DNA of 64,000 nucleotides, from assembly GCA_013239625.1 (NCBI GenBank), contig MU054187.1, positions 7,784,358-7,848,357 on the forward strand, given 5' to 3'. The stretch is from Lama guanicoe. Lineage: Eukaryota. Both the position numbers and the translations under genes were made by a program. Under the pieces are notes generated by a model. The model was not told the origin of the DNA. It searched no databases and saw only the letters and a list, made by a program, of their open reading frames with translations. The stretch's first letter is position 1. Each line of letters starts with the position of its first letter. Positions 25,701 through 37,445 of this stretch are shown here, piece after piece.

Positions 25701-26489
25701 TCAGGAAATTTTTTGAGATGCAGAAAATGGTGGACACAGCATTGTCTCAAGGCAGGCACTGTTCTAATGATAAGCTCACACCTCCTTTAAAGGACTTAAC
25801 TGAAAAAGTTGACTGTACTAGCGATGTGTTGGTACGTGCATATGAAGGCAAACCCAGCCCCAGGGTTAACACAGGGGAACCGAGCAGAACTATTTAACGC
25901 TACATCCAAGAGAAAGCTGTCAGGAAAAGCTGGGAAAGTCGAAGTGCAAATGAATTGAAGAGACACTTCCACTTATTTTTGGTGAAGGAGGTGATTAAAA
26001 ATCATTGCTAAAAAGAAAAAAAATCACAGGGAAAAGGAAGTGAGAACAAATTTTAAATGACCAGTTTTGACAGGCAACATTTTCCTAATGGCAACATCTT
26101 CATATACATGCTAGAATGCAGTTACATAAACAAGTCTTGAAGTTTTCCAGTTGCTTATATTTGTGGGCATTGTCTTTCTGATTCTGCCACGGGGAACGTG
26201 GGTCCGTTTTAACACAAGACTGTGTATGCCAATTCCTCATAGCTCGGTCCAGCATCCTGCTTACCATGGTCTACTAGACTCAGTATGTATGAGGGACGCA
26301 CGGAGTTCTGGCTGCACTGGCGCACAGAGTAAAGTTAGAGCGGAAGCAATTTTACTGGAGATTTAGGATTAAAAAATAATGTTCATCTGAAATGTGCAGA
26401 CAAGTAAAGCGAAGTACCGAGCCTGTTTGCCCTTGGATGCAGCTACGTGGTTATCTCAGGTTTCCACTTTACTTTGCATGATAAAGAAT

Positions 26490-26660
26490 CACAGGCATTT
26501 CTAGCTGGAAGGGACCTTAAGAATCATCTACCACAATCCTCTTAAATTCCCGGTAAGGCAAATGAGAAACAGAGGGATTGAGAAATTTACCCAAACTTTC
26601 AAAGGTACTTAGACGCAAACCCCAAAACCCGATTTTTGATTCCTAACCCAGCACCCTAAC
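26490..26660 (-). mobile_element. MIR SINE
   Basis: GCTGGAAGGGACCTTAAGAATCATCTA...AAATGAGAAACAGAGGGATTGAGAAATTTACCCAA is reverse-strand MIR. Confidence 0.7.
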
Positions 26661-29600
26661 ATTCATAGCTGTGGGCTCCTAAATGTATAAACCAGAGTTA
26701 ATATTCTCCCGAATTTCCACAATTATGTTTAATATATGTCTTATTTTTCCATAGTCTTTTGAAGAGGGGTGTCTAGAATTTCTTGCAGCATTACAGTGTA
26801 GGAGCCCAATGGGGAGCAACACGAAGGTCAAGAGGTGCCTGTCATCTCTAGGAGTGACCCCTGACTATAAAGCTGGGAGGGGACATACCAGCCCTTGAGA
26901 AGACACAGGCCCTCCTGAAGTAAACATTGCCTTGGGGGCCAAAACTCCTTTGTATCTAGTGACAGCCTTACTGGGACCTAATGCAACTTGGGCAAATCTT
27001 ACTCCTCATTCTTCCTAAAATGAGAGACTAGGGTTAGATGGTCTACAAGGGACCTAAAAATGTAAGATTTAACGTGCGCTTACAGTGAGGACACTGCTCA
27101 GGTAGAGGGCGAGGAGGTAGAGAAGATGCGGGGGAAAGCGTGAAAGTGTGAAAAGGGTAGAAGTGGAAGGCAGACAGTAGGGGAGGCTGTAAAGATGACA
27201 CTGGTGTGGGACTGAACTTACACGTGGGTGTTCTTAAGGTGATCACCCTATTGGAAGTCAACATGCAGCTTCAAACCCAGCGCTGCCCGTCTTTCCTTCT
27301 GAGGCAGACTACATCTGGGAGAGCAAGGGGGCGTGAGCACCACAGAGAAAAGATCTTTTGTATTTAGGGACATGTGAAAAATATGGACTAATATGGATTA
27401 AAGCATTTTAAAATAAATACAGGCACCCTCAGTGTAGTAAGGTGCTCATGTTATGAGAAAAATACATGCTTTTGAGACTAACTGAAGGAACCTGTCTCAT
27501 CTCACACTCTCCAGGACCTAGGACGTGGAGGTACAGAATCCACTGCACCTGAGACAGAAGGTGAAATATTTGTACAACTCTTAATTAGCAAAGGTTTTCT
27601 TTATTTATGCTTCAAGACTGCCTTCCTTTGACCCAACCAGCTTACCTTCAGCTTTGCTCACCTATTCATTTGTCATTATCTCCTGCAAAACAAAAGTCTC
27701 TATCTTGTTCAAATCTCTAACAATAAAGTATTAATATTGACATAACATGATCATCACGTGTGGATTTACATAATTACTCTTAACAACAGAAAGACTCTGT
27801 ACTTACTAGAAATGTGTCACGCGTATTCTTTAAAAGTTATGCCAGGAGAACTTTGCTTTTACTAATGAAGGTACGTTAAATTATTTGAATAACAGACTGG
27901 ATTGCATGTTCAAAGCAGGGTGAGAGGAGTGGAATCTTGTAAGTAGTGTTTCATTATTTGGTACTGAGATGGGAGCAGCCACAACCTATGCCTGACTTTG
28001 AACTTCACACTGTCACGGTAAGGCCTCTGGGAGAGTTGAAATTGCCTGTGATACCTGTTTTCTGAGTGTATGGTGCTAGCATGTTGAATTATTTTGTACC
28101 AGCAGTTCACCAACCCTCTGGAATGTGTCTACCACCAAGCACGTGACAGCAGGGTCCGTAATTTATTCTGTAATATTTTGAGCTCTGCTGAAGGATATTT
28201 ACGAAGTACTTGATTCTTTGTGCTTTTCAAATAATGCAATAAAATATTAAATACATGATATAGTAAGGCTCCAAAGACATGGCTTTAACTGTCTTATTCC
28301 CTAGTTCAAGAGTTTAGAAGCCAAAACTTTTAAAACTAGCTGTTTTTAATGACGGTGACAGTTAATAGAGAGACTCCTTTATTTTCTTGCTATTTTTCTT
28401 CTAACTTAGTCATAAGAGGTGATGTTTTGATATTGCCTAGAGAGATTGTTATTCACTTATATGTGGCCAGATTTGTATTACAAAGCTTGTGCTATACAAA
28501 AATTTTGGTGATTTAATTAAATGATTAATATTTAAGAGTAAGATCAGAAGACATTTGGTGATTATGTAATTATAAGAAATCCTTAGTGTGTTTAAACACA
28601 ATATTTAATACTTTACTTACTGTTTTGAACTCAAGCAGTAGGTCTGTTGATATCTTATGGTAAAGTAGGTATTTGTAAGACACTTCAACCTCTGGATTTT
28701 AACTAAATGTAATAAATAGCCACCCCGACATTAATGGATAGTTACATGGACGCTTTCTTAGTATATTATCACATGAAACAGTATGAAAGGGTAAATTTGA
28801 CCTAAATTCAATGAGATTCACCTATTTAATATTAACCAGAAGACTTCTGCCACCTTAAACATTAGAAAAACTACAAGCATCTGCGAAATTATTATCATCA
28901 AATTAAAGGCAATGCAGTCTATAGGTTTTTCATAACTTTACACGTTGAGATAACAGATTTCCAAAGCCATTAGTTGTGGGATTCCACTCAGTCCCAGATT
29001 ATCTGGTTAGGACTGAAAATAAGCAGAACATGGTCTGTCAATGAAAAGTATAGGAGAAACCTAAGAAGTGGTTTTAACATGCACATTTGGGATATAAAAT
29101 CGGCATCTACTGATTAGTGGTATTCCAGCCGATAAGGAAACGAACGCTGAAAATGCTGCAGAAGCTCTTCACCCACCTCGGAACCCTCACCCATTGTTCT
29201 CCGCATTATTTTTACTAGAAACGACCAAACCAAATATAACTTACACGCCAAAAAAAAAAAAAGTTTTGCTTCACTCGCTTCGCCTACAGTGCCAGGGGGA
29301 TGGATTTAATGATCTTATAGGCCGTTTCAATCTCTCTAATATTTGTGAAATGGCAACTGTCAATGTTGAACAAGAAATTGCTGAAATAGCACAACTTTTT
29401 GAAATGGATAATATCTCACAGGACAAGAGCCCAGAAATGGAAAGAACAACCATAAACCTCACTGAAACTCATCTCAACAGGATGCCAACTTTACTCTTCA
29501 GCTAATAAAAACAACCAGCTTTAAAAATGCTATCTGTCAGGGAGTCAAAATCAGACATTTTGAAAACCTGAGAACCAGCCGGCGTGTGCGCCAGAGCACG

Positions 29601-32425
29601 GCGGCGCCTTCTCCGTGGGCCTGTTTTTCATTTTGAGTTTGCTGTTGCCTGACCATTGGGTTTCTGTTTATGTCTGATTGAGAAGTATTGCCAGTTATAT
29701 AGATCCAGGATGTAATTAAGGTTAGTGGTAGATAGCACTTTGACTCTGCCTATTTGTTGATCAGTGGAACTATATATTTTAGTGACAACACTTAAAGATT
29801 TCTATAGAAAGAAAACATTTAAATGAAAATATTTGCAAGTCCTTTTGGTATATTAGGGAGTTAAAAACTCTCTCCCTGTTTTCCAAAAAAAAATATGAAT
29901 TTTAAAAATTGTTGATGTATGAATTTTTTTTCCCCAGTGGTGGCTCTTGAGCATATGAATTGGTGCTCAGGATGTGCCAAAGAGGAAGGATCCTAAACAC
30001 AGTTAAGACCTGGAAAAGTCAATCTTGGGAACAGGGGAGAACAGAAGGTAGAGAGTGACTTAAAAAACTTCAGTTCAGTTGAGTCATTCCTTGGTTGATG
30101 AAGGTAATCTGCTCTGACTCCAGCTGCCTGCTAAAAGATGAGGTACATATCCTGTAAAACCTTCTCAATTTTTCTTGTACGATATCTGTCATTCAGTTAA
30201 AAAACATTATAGGCATACCAAAGGGTCAAGAGAAAGAAAACTGATAGAAAATTTCCAGATCACCCAATCATTGGAGTTATCAAGCACAAATTTTAAAACA
30301 ACTGTAATTATCATGTTCAAGATAATATATGACAAAAATAAAATATTTCACTGGAAACTGTACATCCATAAAGAGAATAAAATGGAAATTATAGAATCAC
30401 AAAATGCAGTAATGAAAATTAAAAACTAGTAAATGGGTTTGATCACATACTGGACACAGCAAAAGAATGGTTTTGTAAACTTGAAACCGGAATAGTAGAA
30501 AATATCCAGACTCAAACAGGAAGATCAGAAAAGGTGGAGAATCTGTTAAAGGGCACAAGAAAATGTGAAAAGGTCTAATATACGGTGCAACTGAAGTCTC
30601 AGAAAGGCAGGAAAGAGAAGGTATGACAGAAGCAATGTTTAAAAAGATAATGACAAAAATATATTTCCAAACCTAAGAAAAGAAATCAACTCACAAATTC
30701 AAGAAGAAATATGAAGCACTGGTAGAATAAAACAAACAAACCACTCCTGGATGTGCTGTAATAAAATTTCTGAAAGAGAAAGGCAAAGTAAAAAGTTCAA
30801 AGAAGTCAGATGAGAATAAAACACATTACCTTCAGGGGGAAACAATAAGAAAAATAATTTCTTATAAGAAAGTGTAGATGCCAGTTGCAATAGAATGACC
30901 ATTTTAAAGAGCTGAAAAAAAATAAATGACAACCTAAAACATTTTATACTCTAGAAAATTATCTTTCAGCAGTGCCAGTAAAATATAGAAATTTCCAGAT
31001 TAAAAAAAACACTGACATAATTTAATTCACTGCAAGTAAATCTGAACTGAAGGGAAAAAATGAAGGGACTTTTCAGGCAGAGGGAAAATTATTCTAGACA
31101 GAAACGTAGAACTGCTGGAATTAATGGAGAAACAAGGTCAACACAGCTGTGGGTAAAGTGAATGAATATTACCTGAACAACATAAATGAATAGTTTTGAG
31201 ACTTCAAGTGCATATAGGACTCAAAGGTTTATGATAACAATAAAAAATGTGGTAGCTTAGAGAGAGGAAAACGTTCAAATAAATTATTTATCAAAACTGA
31301 TCATATACTGAACATAAAACCAATCCCCAAAACTTTCAAAAAATGAAAATCATTCAGGGTATGTTTTCTGATTATAGTAGAATTAATCTTGAAAGTAAGA
31401 GCAAAAAGTGAACTCAAAAATCTCCAAATATTGGAGATTAGGGAAATGAGAAGTAGCAACTGACCAAAATATTAATTAAGAATTCTCAGTGGGTAACAGA
31501 AAACATTTTTATTGTATAATAATAAATACAGATATGTGAAAACTTGTAAGATGCAACTAAACTGATAATTAGGGTGAGATGTATAGTTTTAAATGTATTA
31601 TATTTGAAGAGTAAAAAGGATAAAAATTCAGTCATCTAAATATTGTCTCAAAAAGTTAGAAAAAGGGCAGCATAAAACCAAATGAAACAGAAGGAAGGAA
31701 ATAAAGACAATACAGAAATCAGTGAAATAAAAGCAAATAAATGGAGAGAATTAACTATACTACAAATCAATTCCTTTAAAAGAATAGCAAGTTGATGAAT
31801 GTCTGGAAAGATTTATCAAGAAATAAAAGACAGTACAAATTCCTGATCTCAGGAATAAAAAAAAAGCCACCAGAGATTCTTCAGATCATAAGAATAAACT
31901 GAGAAAAACTTTAATTTGAGAATTTAAATAAAGGGAAAATATTCTAAGAAAACAGTGTTTACCAAAATTAATACAAGCCAAAATAAAACAAACTGAAAAC
32001 TCTTTATTTAATAAACAAAATCCCTTGTTAAAAGCCTCTATAGGAAGGGCATTCCAGGCCTAGATGATTTGTGTCGTTAGTAAATTCTTTCAAATATTTG
32101 TGAAGGAAATAAAACCATTCTTATACAAATTCTTCCAGAGGATAAAAAACAGAGGGTTCATTCCCACGTTGAATTAATTATGAGATCAATGTGATCATAA
32201 TACCATAACCTGACAGGTGTATTGAAGGGAATGAAAATTACATTCCAGTCTCACTTACGAACATAGACATAAAAGTCTCAAACAACATATTAGCAAATTG
32301 AATCCAGCAATAAATAAATAGAATAATAATTCATGACCTGGTTGAGCCAATTTCAGGAATACAAGGTTGATTTAAGTTTGAAAATCAGTCAGTGTAATTC
32401 ATCACGTTTAAAGATTACATCAGAA

Positions 32426-32710
32426 GACATAGAATACAAACTTGTGGTTGCCAAGGGGGCGGGGGGTGGGAAGGTTACAGACTGGGAGTTCAAGATTTGT
32501 AGATACTGACAGGCATATGTAGAATAGATAAACAAGATTATATGGTATAGCACAGGGAAATATATACGAGATCTTGTGGTAGCTCACAGCAAAAAAAAAA
32601 TGTGACGATGAATATACGTATGTTCATGTATAACTGAAAAATTGTGCTCTACACTGGAATTTGACACAACATTGTACAATGACTATAACTCAATAAAAAA
32701 AGTTTAAAAA
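32426..32710 (+). mobile_element. Young L1 3'-end insertion with poly(A) and TSD
   Basis: 16-bp TSD AAAGATTACATCAGAA (32410-32425) / AAAGAATACATCAGAA (32711-32726), one mismatch; TTT/AAAG endonuclease-type site; AATAAA and A-tail. Confidence 0.92.
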
Positions 32711-32934
32711 AAAGAATACATCAGAAAAAATATATGATGATTTCATCGAAAGCAAAATAATTTTATAAAATTCAATACTTGTTAGTAATTTTAACAAGGT
32801 TTCTTAATTGGGTACATGATACCTGCAAAAACAAGCAAAACCTCCAGCACACAGACTGCGAGCTGAAATGTGAAGTGCTTATGAGGAACCAGACAAGGAT
32901 GCTCACGGCATCTTTGCCGATCAAAGTCAGGTTT

Positions 32935-33080
32935 TGTCGATTGACAGCAGCTATATCATCAGGGAGCTTGCTAGAAATGCTGACTCTTAGGCCTCACTCC
33001 AGACTTCACTTAATTTAAAACTTGCATTTTGAGAAGATCTCTAGGTGTTTTATATGCAGATTGAACTATGAGAAGGATTT
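32935..33080. mobile_element. MER5A-like hAT-Charlie DNA transposon
   Basis: CAGCAGC...ATCATCAGGGAGCTTGCTAGAAATGCTGACTCTTAGGCCTCACTCCAGAC...TGCATTTTGAGAAGATCTCTAGGTG. Confidence 0.75.
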
Positions 33081-34065
33081 CTTTAAACCACTTTGATTCT
33101 TTATGGTTCTATGGTCTATTTTGAGACAGGAGGTCTTAACAACTACAATAAGACAAGACAAATAAATAACTGTACAAGGGCTAAAAAGAAAGTGAGGTGT
33201 CCTGATTCAACAGGACAACAGTACAGTGTGTGTATGAAGTCTGAAGACTCTACAGATAAGTTATTAGAATTAATAAGTGAAGGTAGCAAAGGTGCTAGAT
33301 GCATATTTAATATACAAAAATTAGAAGCATTTCTAGTAAGAAACAATAATAAACATGCAACTTTAAAATGACAGAAAAAAACTAATAAAAATGTTTTCTC
33401 TGCAGAAATATACAATTTGAAAGAAATTACAAAAACCTAAACAAATGCAAAGATATGTCATATTTTTGTGTTGGAATATTTGATACTGTAAATGCTAACT
33501 TTCTACAAATTGATCTTAAAAATGTATTGCAATTCCAATAAAAGTTCTAAAAGATTTTTTTGGGGTGAGAAATAATAAGCTCCAAAAAGAGATTCAGAAT
33601 TAGAATGAAAATGAAAAGTTTCAAGAATATTCAAAAAACATTTGAATAAGAAGAACAAATTTGGATGGCTTACTCTATTTGATATTGAGACTTACTAAAA
33701 AAACTTTAGTAAGTAAGATAGTATGGTAAGCAAATTGAGCAGGCAGATGGACCAACAGAATAGAATACAGTCCAAAAATATATGTAAAGTTATCTGAATT
33801 TTGGTAAAGTTACCACTACAATGCAGTGAAGAGAAGATTGCTATTTCAATAGATAATGCTGGGTAAATTGGCTATTCATAAGGGAACTGAACTTTGATAT
33901 TACCTGACTATTTTGGAAAAAGAAATTCCAGGTGAACTATAGACTTATAGACAAAACATAAAATCTGGAATAATAAAGCTACTAGAAGATAAATTGGAAG
34001 GATATGTTCATGACCTGGGGTAGGTAAATTTTTTTTAACTGGACAAAAAACACACGTGCCGAAGA

Positions 34066-34115
34066 GGGAGGGTGTAGCTCAAGTGGTAGAGCGCGTGCTG
34101 AGCACGCATGAGGCC
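34066..34115 (+). mobile_element. Camelid tRNA-Ala-derived SINE, 5' half only
   Basis: GGGAGGGTGTAGCTCAAGTGGTAGAGCGCGTGCTGAGCACGCATGAGGCC has the A-box and anticodon arm; the B-box and tail are absent. Confidence 0.85.
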
Positions 34116-34447
34116 ATCATTGCCCCGGGACCACGGTAGTCCACTATCCACTAGGATCATGGTTCTAAAACAATAATGGTTCTTATTCATGGTGGTTTCC
34201 AGACCCCTCCTTTGAGAAACTTTGAACTGGTACGACTCAGAAATTAGCCTATAACACACTAGACCTTTGCTGATTAAAACATTGTTAACTAAAGGGAGAA
34301 GGTTATTACTTATGCTAAGGGTACTACAATATATTCTTAGTTTTTATTGTTTCCCTCTATTCCTAACTTATTAATCTATCTGTGATACAGGAAATAGAAT
34401 ATGGATGAGCCTGTGGTTCTTCAGAGGTTCCAAAAGCATCTTAGCCT

Positions 34448-34480
34448 ACACACACACACACACACAAAGACACACACACA
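34448..34480. repeat. Interrupted (AC)n microsatellite
   Basis: Seen directly. Confidence 0.95.
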
Positions 34481-35416
34481 ATGATTCCAGGATAATTAAG
34501 CAAAGCAATATTATTATTAGGCTCATTATTTAGGAAGAGACTGAAGATGTTAAAGTAAAGAGGCATCAGAGTGCAGTGACTTGAATAAGATAAAACTGAT
34601 TTTTCTTTAAGAGCCATAAGGTGCGCAATCTACGCTTAGGGGTCAACTCCGTTCTAACGAATCATTTAGGGATCCAAGTCCCCTTCATGCATCCTCCAAA
34701 TGATTAATGCTGAGTATGGTGGCTTCTTCTAAGCAAATGAAGCTGCTGAATTAGCTGTAGAACCCACCCTTGCTGCAAGAAAACTGGAAAATGAAGTTTC
34801 TGCCTGAATCACTATCTATGTGCTTTAACGCTATGACTATGGACAAATACGAGAAGGGAACACAGATTTTGATAGACAACTAGAAGATTCTATCACAAGT
34901 TTGTGAATAGTATAGTCAGCAGATATCTATTAAACTACTGCAGACTGGGGTGGAAAATGGATGGAGTTTAAATTGTGGCGATAACAGCCTTGTATTAGAC
35001 CTGTCATTAGCAGTGCCTTTTTCTTTCTCGTTCCTCCTCAGTGGGAAAAACTTTGAAGAATTTAATTGTAAGTTTCTCTGACAGGCTTCCTCTCTGTTTC
35101 CCCAACAATAGTGTCTGTCACGAATTTAATGAGATACGAACTCATACTGAGATATAGTAGACTTTTTGCTTAATAGAATGCAATATTAAATTCCTTTGGT
35201 ATATGAAATCTTTTATAATGTGACTAACCATTTTCTAATACGGAGTGCCCACAATGTCCGATGTTTCCATATTGGTTTTGCTTAAAGTAAAATGTAAGTC
35301 ATTTTGAAATGGGGTGCTGTTAACTATGCCAGCCTTTGGGGTCACTAGGGTACAGTTAGTGAGTTAGCATATGGAGATAATAACTGATCAGAGACTAGTA
35401 AATAATTGACTCTCTA

Positions 35417-35800
35417 CCAGTTAGGATTGGGTTCTGCTGATAGTAACAGTGACCTCTTTTCCAAGATAGAAATTTGTTGACTTTCATGCAAGAGAAGTCT
35501 CTACCATGTTTCAAGGCTGAGTTGTGTTCTCAGAGTCACGTGGTGTTCAGTGGATGGCCCCTTCAACTCCAGCTATTACATCCTCATTTGAGACAGAAGG
35601 AAAGAGAAAGAGGGGGGAAAGGCGTGTTTCAGCTGCCTCAGGAACCCCTGTGTAAGGTTCGTAAAAGCCCTACCCAATGATTTCTCTTTATACCTCATTA
35701 ACTAACATATCCGCTAGGCAGACATGAAAAAGGTAATTTTATTTTTGGCTGGCTATACCATTGCCTTGATAAATAATGGATCTGTCACTAAGAGCAAAAG
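35417..35800 (-). mobile_element. Old MLT1-type LTR fragment
   Basis: CAGTTAGGATTGGGTTCTGCTGATAGTAACAG...CCAAGATAGAAATTTG...CTCCAGCTATTACATCCTCATTTGAGACAG. Confidence 0.55.
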
Positions 35801-36932
35801 AGAATGAGTAGGACTCCAGCTCTTCATGTCCATCCTTGTCTTTGGACAGCTACTTTTGCTGCTAAAACTGTGATAGAGACATCTGCATAGAGAACAAAGT
35901 AAATGCATTAACACTAACTGTTTAGGTGATTGGCCCCCAAACCATGATCCAGAATTCTAGTGCTATAGTGCTTGGCCCTGTGGAGAGCTCCTTTACTGAG
36001 GCCAGGTCATCCCGAGTGCCTTAGAATGGAACGAGGATGCGTGCGTTGGGTCTTCTGAGAAGGAGACTCCAAGGCTGGATGTGAAAGAGATTGACTGGAA
36101 AAAGCAAATGTGAGGGAAAAGAGAGGAGGGAACTGTAGGAGCAGAGGAGGGCTGTAGGTGTTACCCCTGCAGAAGAGAAAGAGAAGGAAGTGAGGATGGG
36201 CAGAGTGGCTGACTCCGGCAAGTTTTAAGAATATTTTGGCTAGACCTATGGGGAGTTCTGAAATCAAAGTTCCATGTCAGAGACAGTCCCCATTTTGCAA
36301 GAATGGGTCTGCTCTTGCATCCCTGCCATTCTTGGTCTTTTCTCTGAGACAGTAGCCATGAGAAAGTCTAGACTCAGTGATGGATTCAGAACATAGCAAC
36401 GGGGGCCACCATTCATCACCTTCCCTGCAGTCAGAGGGATGAGGGGCATATTTTGGTGGCCACAAACTTCCATGTTGACCTAAAGACCTGGAAAACCCAC
36501 TCTGTCTTCCAACTGGGGTCATATACCAGGGAGAAGCATTGGAAAGGGTGAGAGATTTTAAAAAAATAGGAGCAAAAGTCAGTTTCATAGAATGGGGAAA
36601 AACCTATTACAGTGTCATCAGGTCTTTTCAAAACTGTCCTTTTGTCAAGTAACCTTGACAAATCCTACAGACAAATAGACACTTGGGAAGCCAAATAAGA
36701 AAGTAATGTGGCTGGGCAGGAGAGGTCAGACTCAGAGCTGTCCTGTGTTCTTTAAATGCTGGGGGAGAGTGCAAAGGGGCTGAGACAGTAGAAACAGATC
36801 ACCTCCCCTTTGGGAGTAGTTTCAATGTTGTTACCACTCAGGTGCAGTAGACGCAGAGAACACAGGCACACGTGTTCCCACTTGCATATAACAAATTAAC
36901 TAACTAATATGTTTGTTTATATTTTTAGACTT

Positions 36933-37445
36933 TGTATTCATCATCTATTGCTGCAGAACAAATTACTCCAAGATTTGGCAGCTTACGCAACAAATATTTA
37001 TTATCTCAAATGTTCTCAAAGTCTCTCAAGGTCAGAAAACTGGGAGGGACTAGCCTGATGGTTCTCACTTGGGACTTCTTACAAGCTCGCGGTCACATTG
37101 TGGACCCCAGGCTGAGGGGCCAGGAATCTGCTTCCAAGCTCTCTTCCACGGCTGGAGAGAGAGGAGGCTCAGGTGACTCCCTGGGGCCTCTTATCCTGCT
37201 CACACCTCATGGCATCTGTCTTGCTCTACAGTAAGTGATTCCAGAAAGAAAGAAAGAAGAATGCTCAAGACAGAAGCCGCAGGCTTTGATAACCTAACAT
37301 TAGAAGGGATATCTCATTCTTCCAGCAGGTTTTAATTGGCGAAAGCTAATCACCAAGTCTAGTCCACACTGATGGAGAGGTGAGTTAAGTCCAGCCTCTG
37401 GAGAAGAAGAGGGCCAAAGATGTTGTCGACATATATTTAACGTCA
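36933..37445 (-). mobile_element. ERVL-MaLR LTR (MLT1F/H-like)
   Basis: TGTATTCATCATCTATTGCTGCAGAACAAATTACTCCAAGATTTGGCAGCTTA...AATCTGCTTCCAAGCTC...CACCAAGTCTAGTCCACACT. Confidence 0.75.

Larger units (their letters stand above)
30170..34050 (+). mobile_element. Old L1M LINE remnant with ORF1 (about 30170-31150) and ORF2 (about 31280-34050) traces
   Basis: A-rich strand; ORF1-like LELSSTNFKTTVIIMFK...KENKMEIIESQNAVMKIKN; ORF2-like EDSTDKLLELISEGSKGARCIFNIQKLEAFL. Heavily degraded and internally deleted. Confidence 0.85.

Noticed and set aside
30170..34050. Intact or active L1
   Set aside because: ORF1 and ORF2 are riddled with stops and frameshifts, internally deleted, and interrupted by later insertions.
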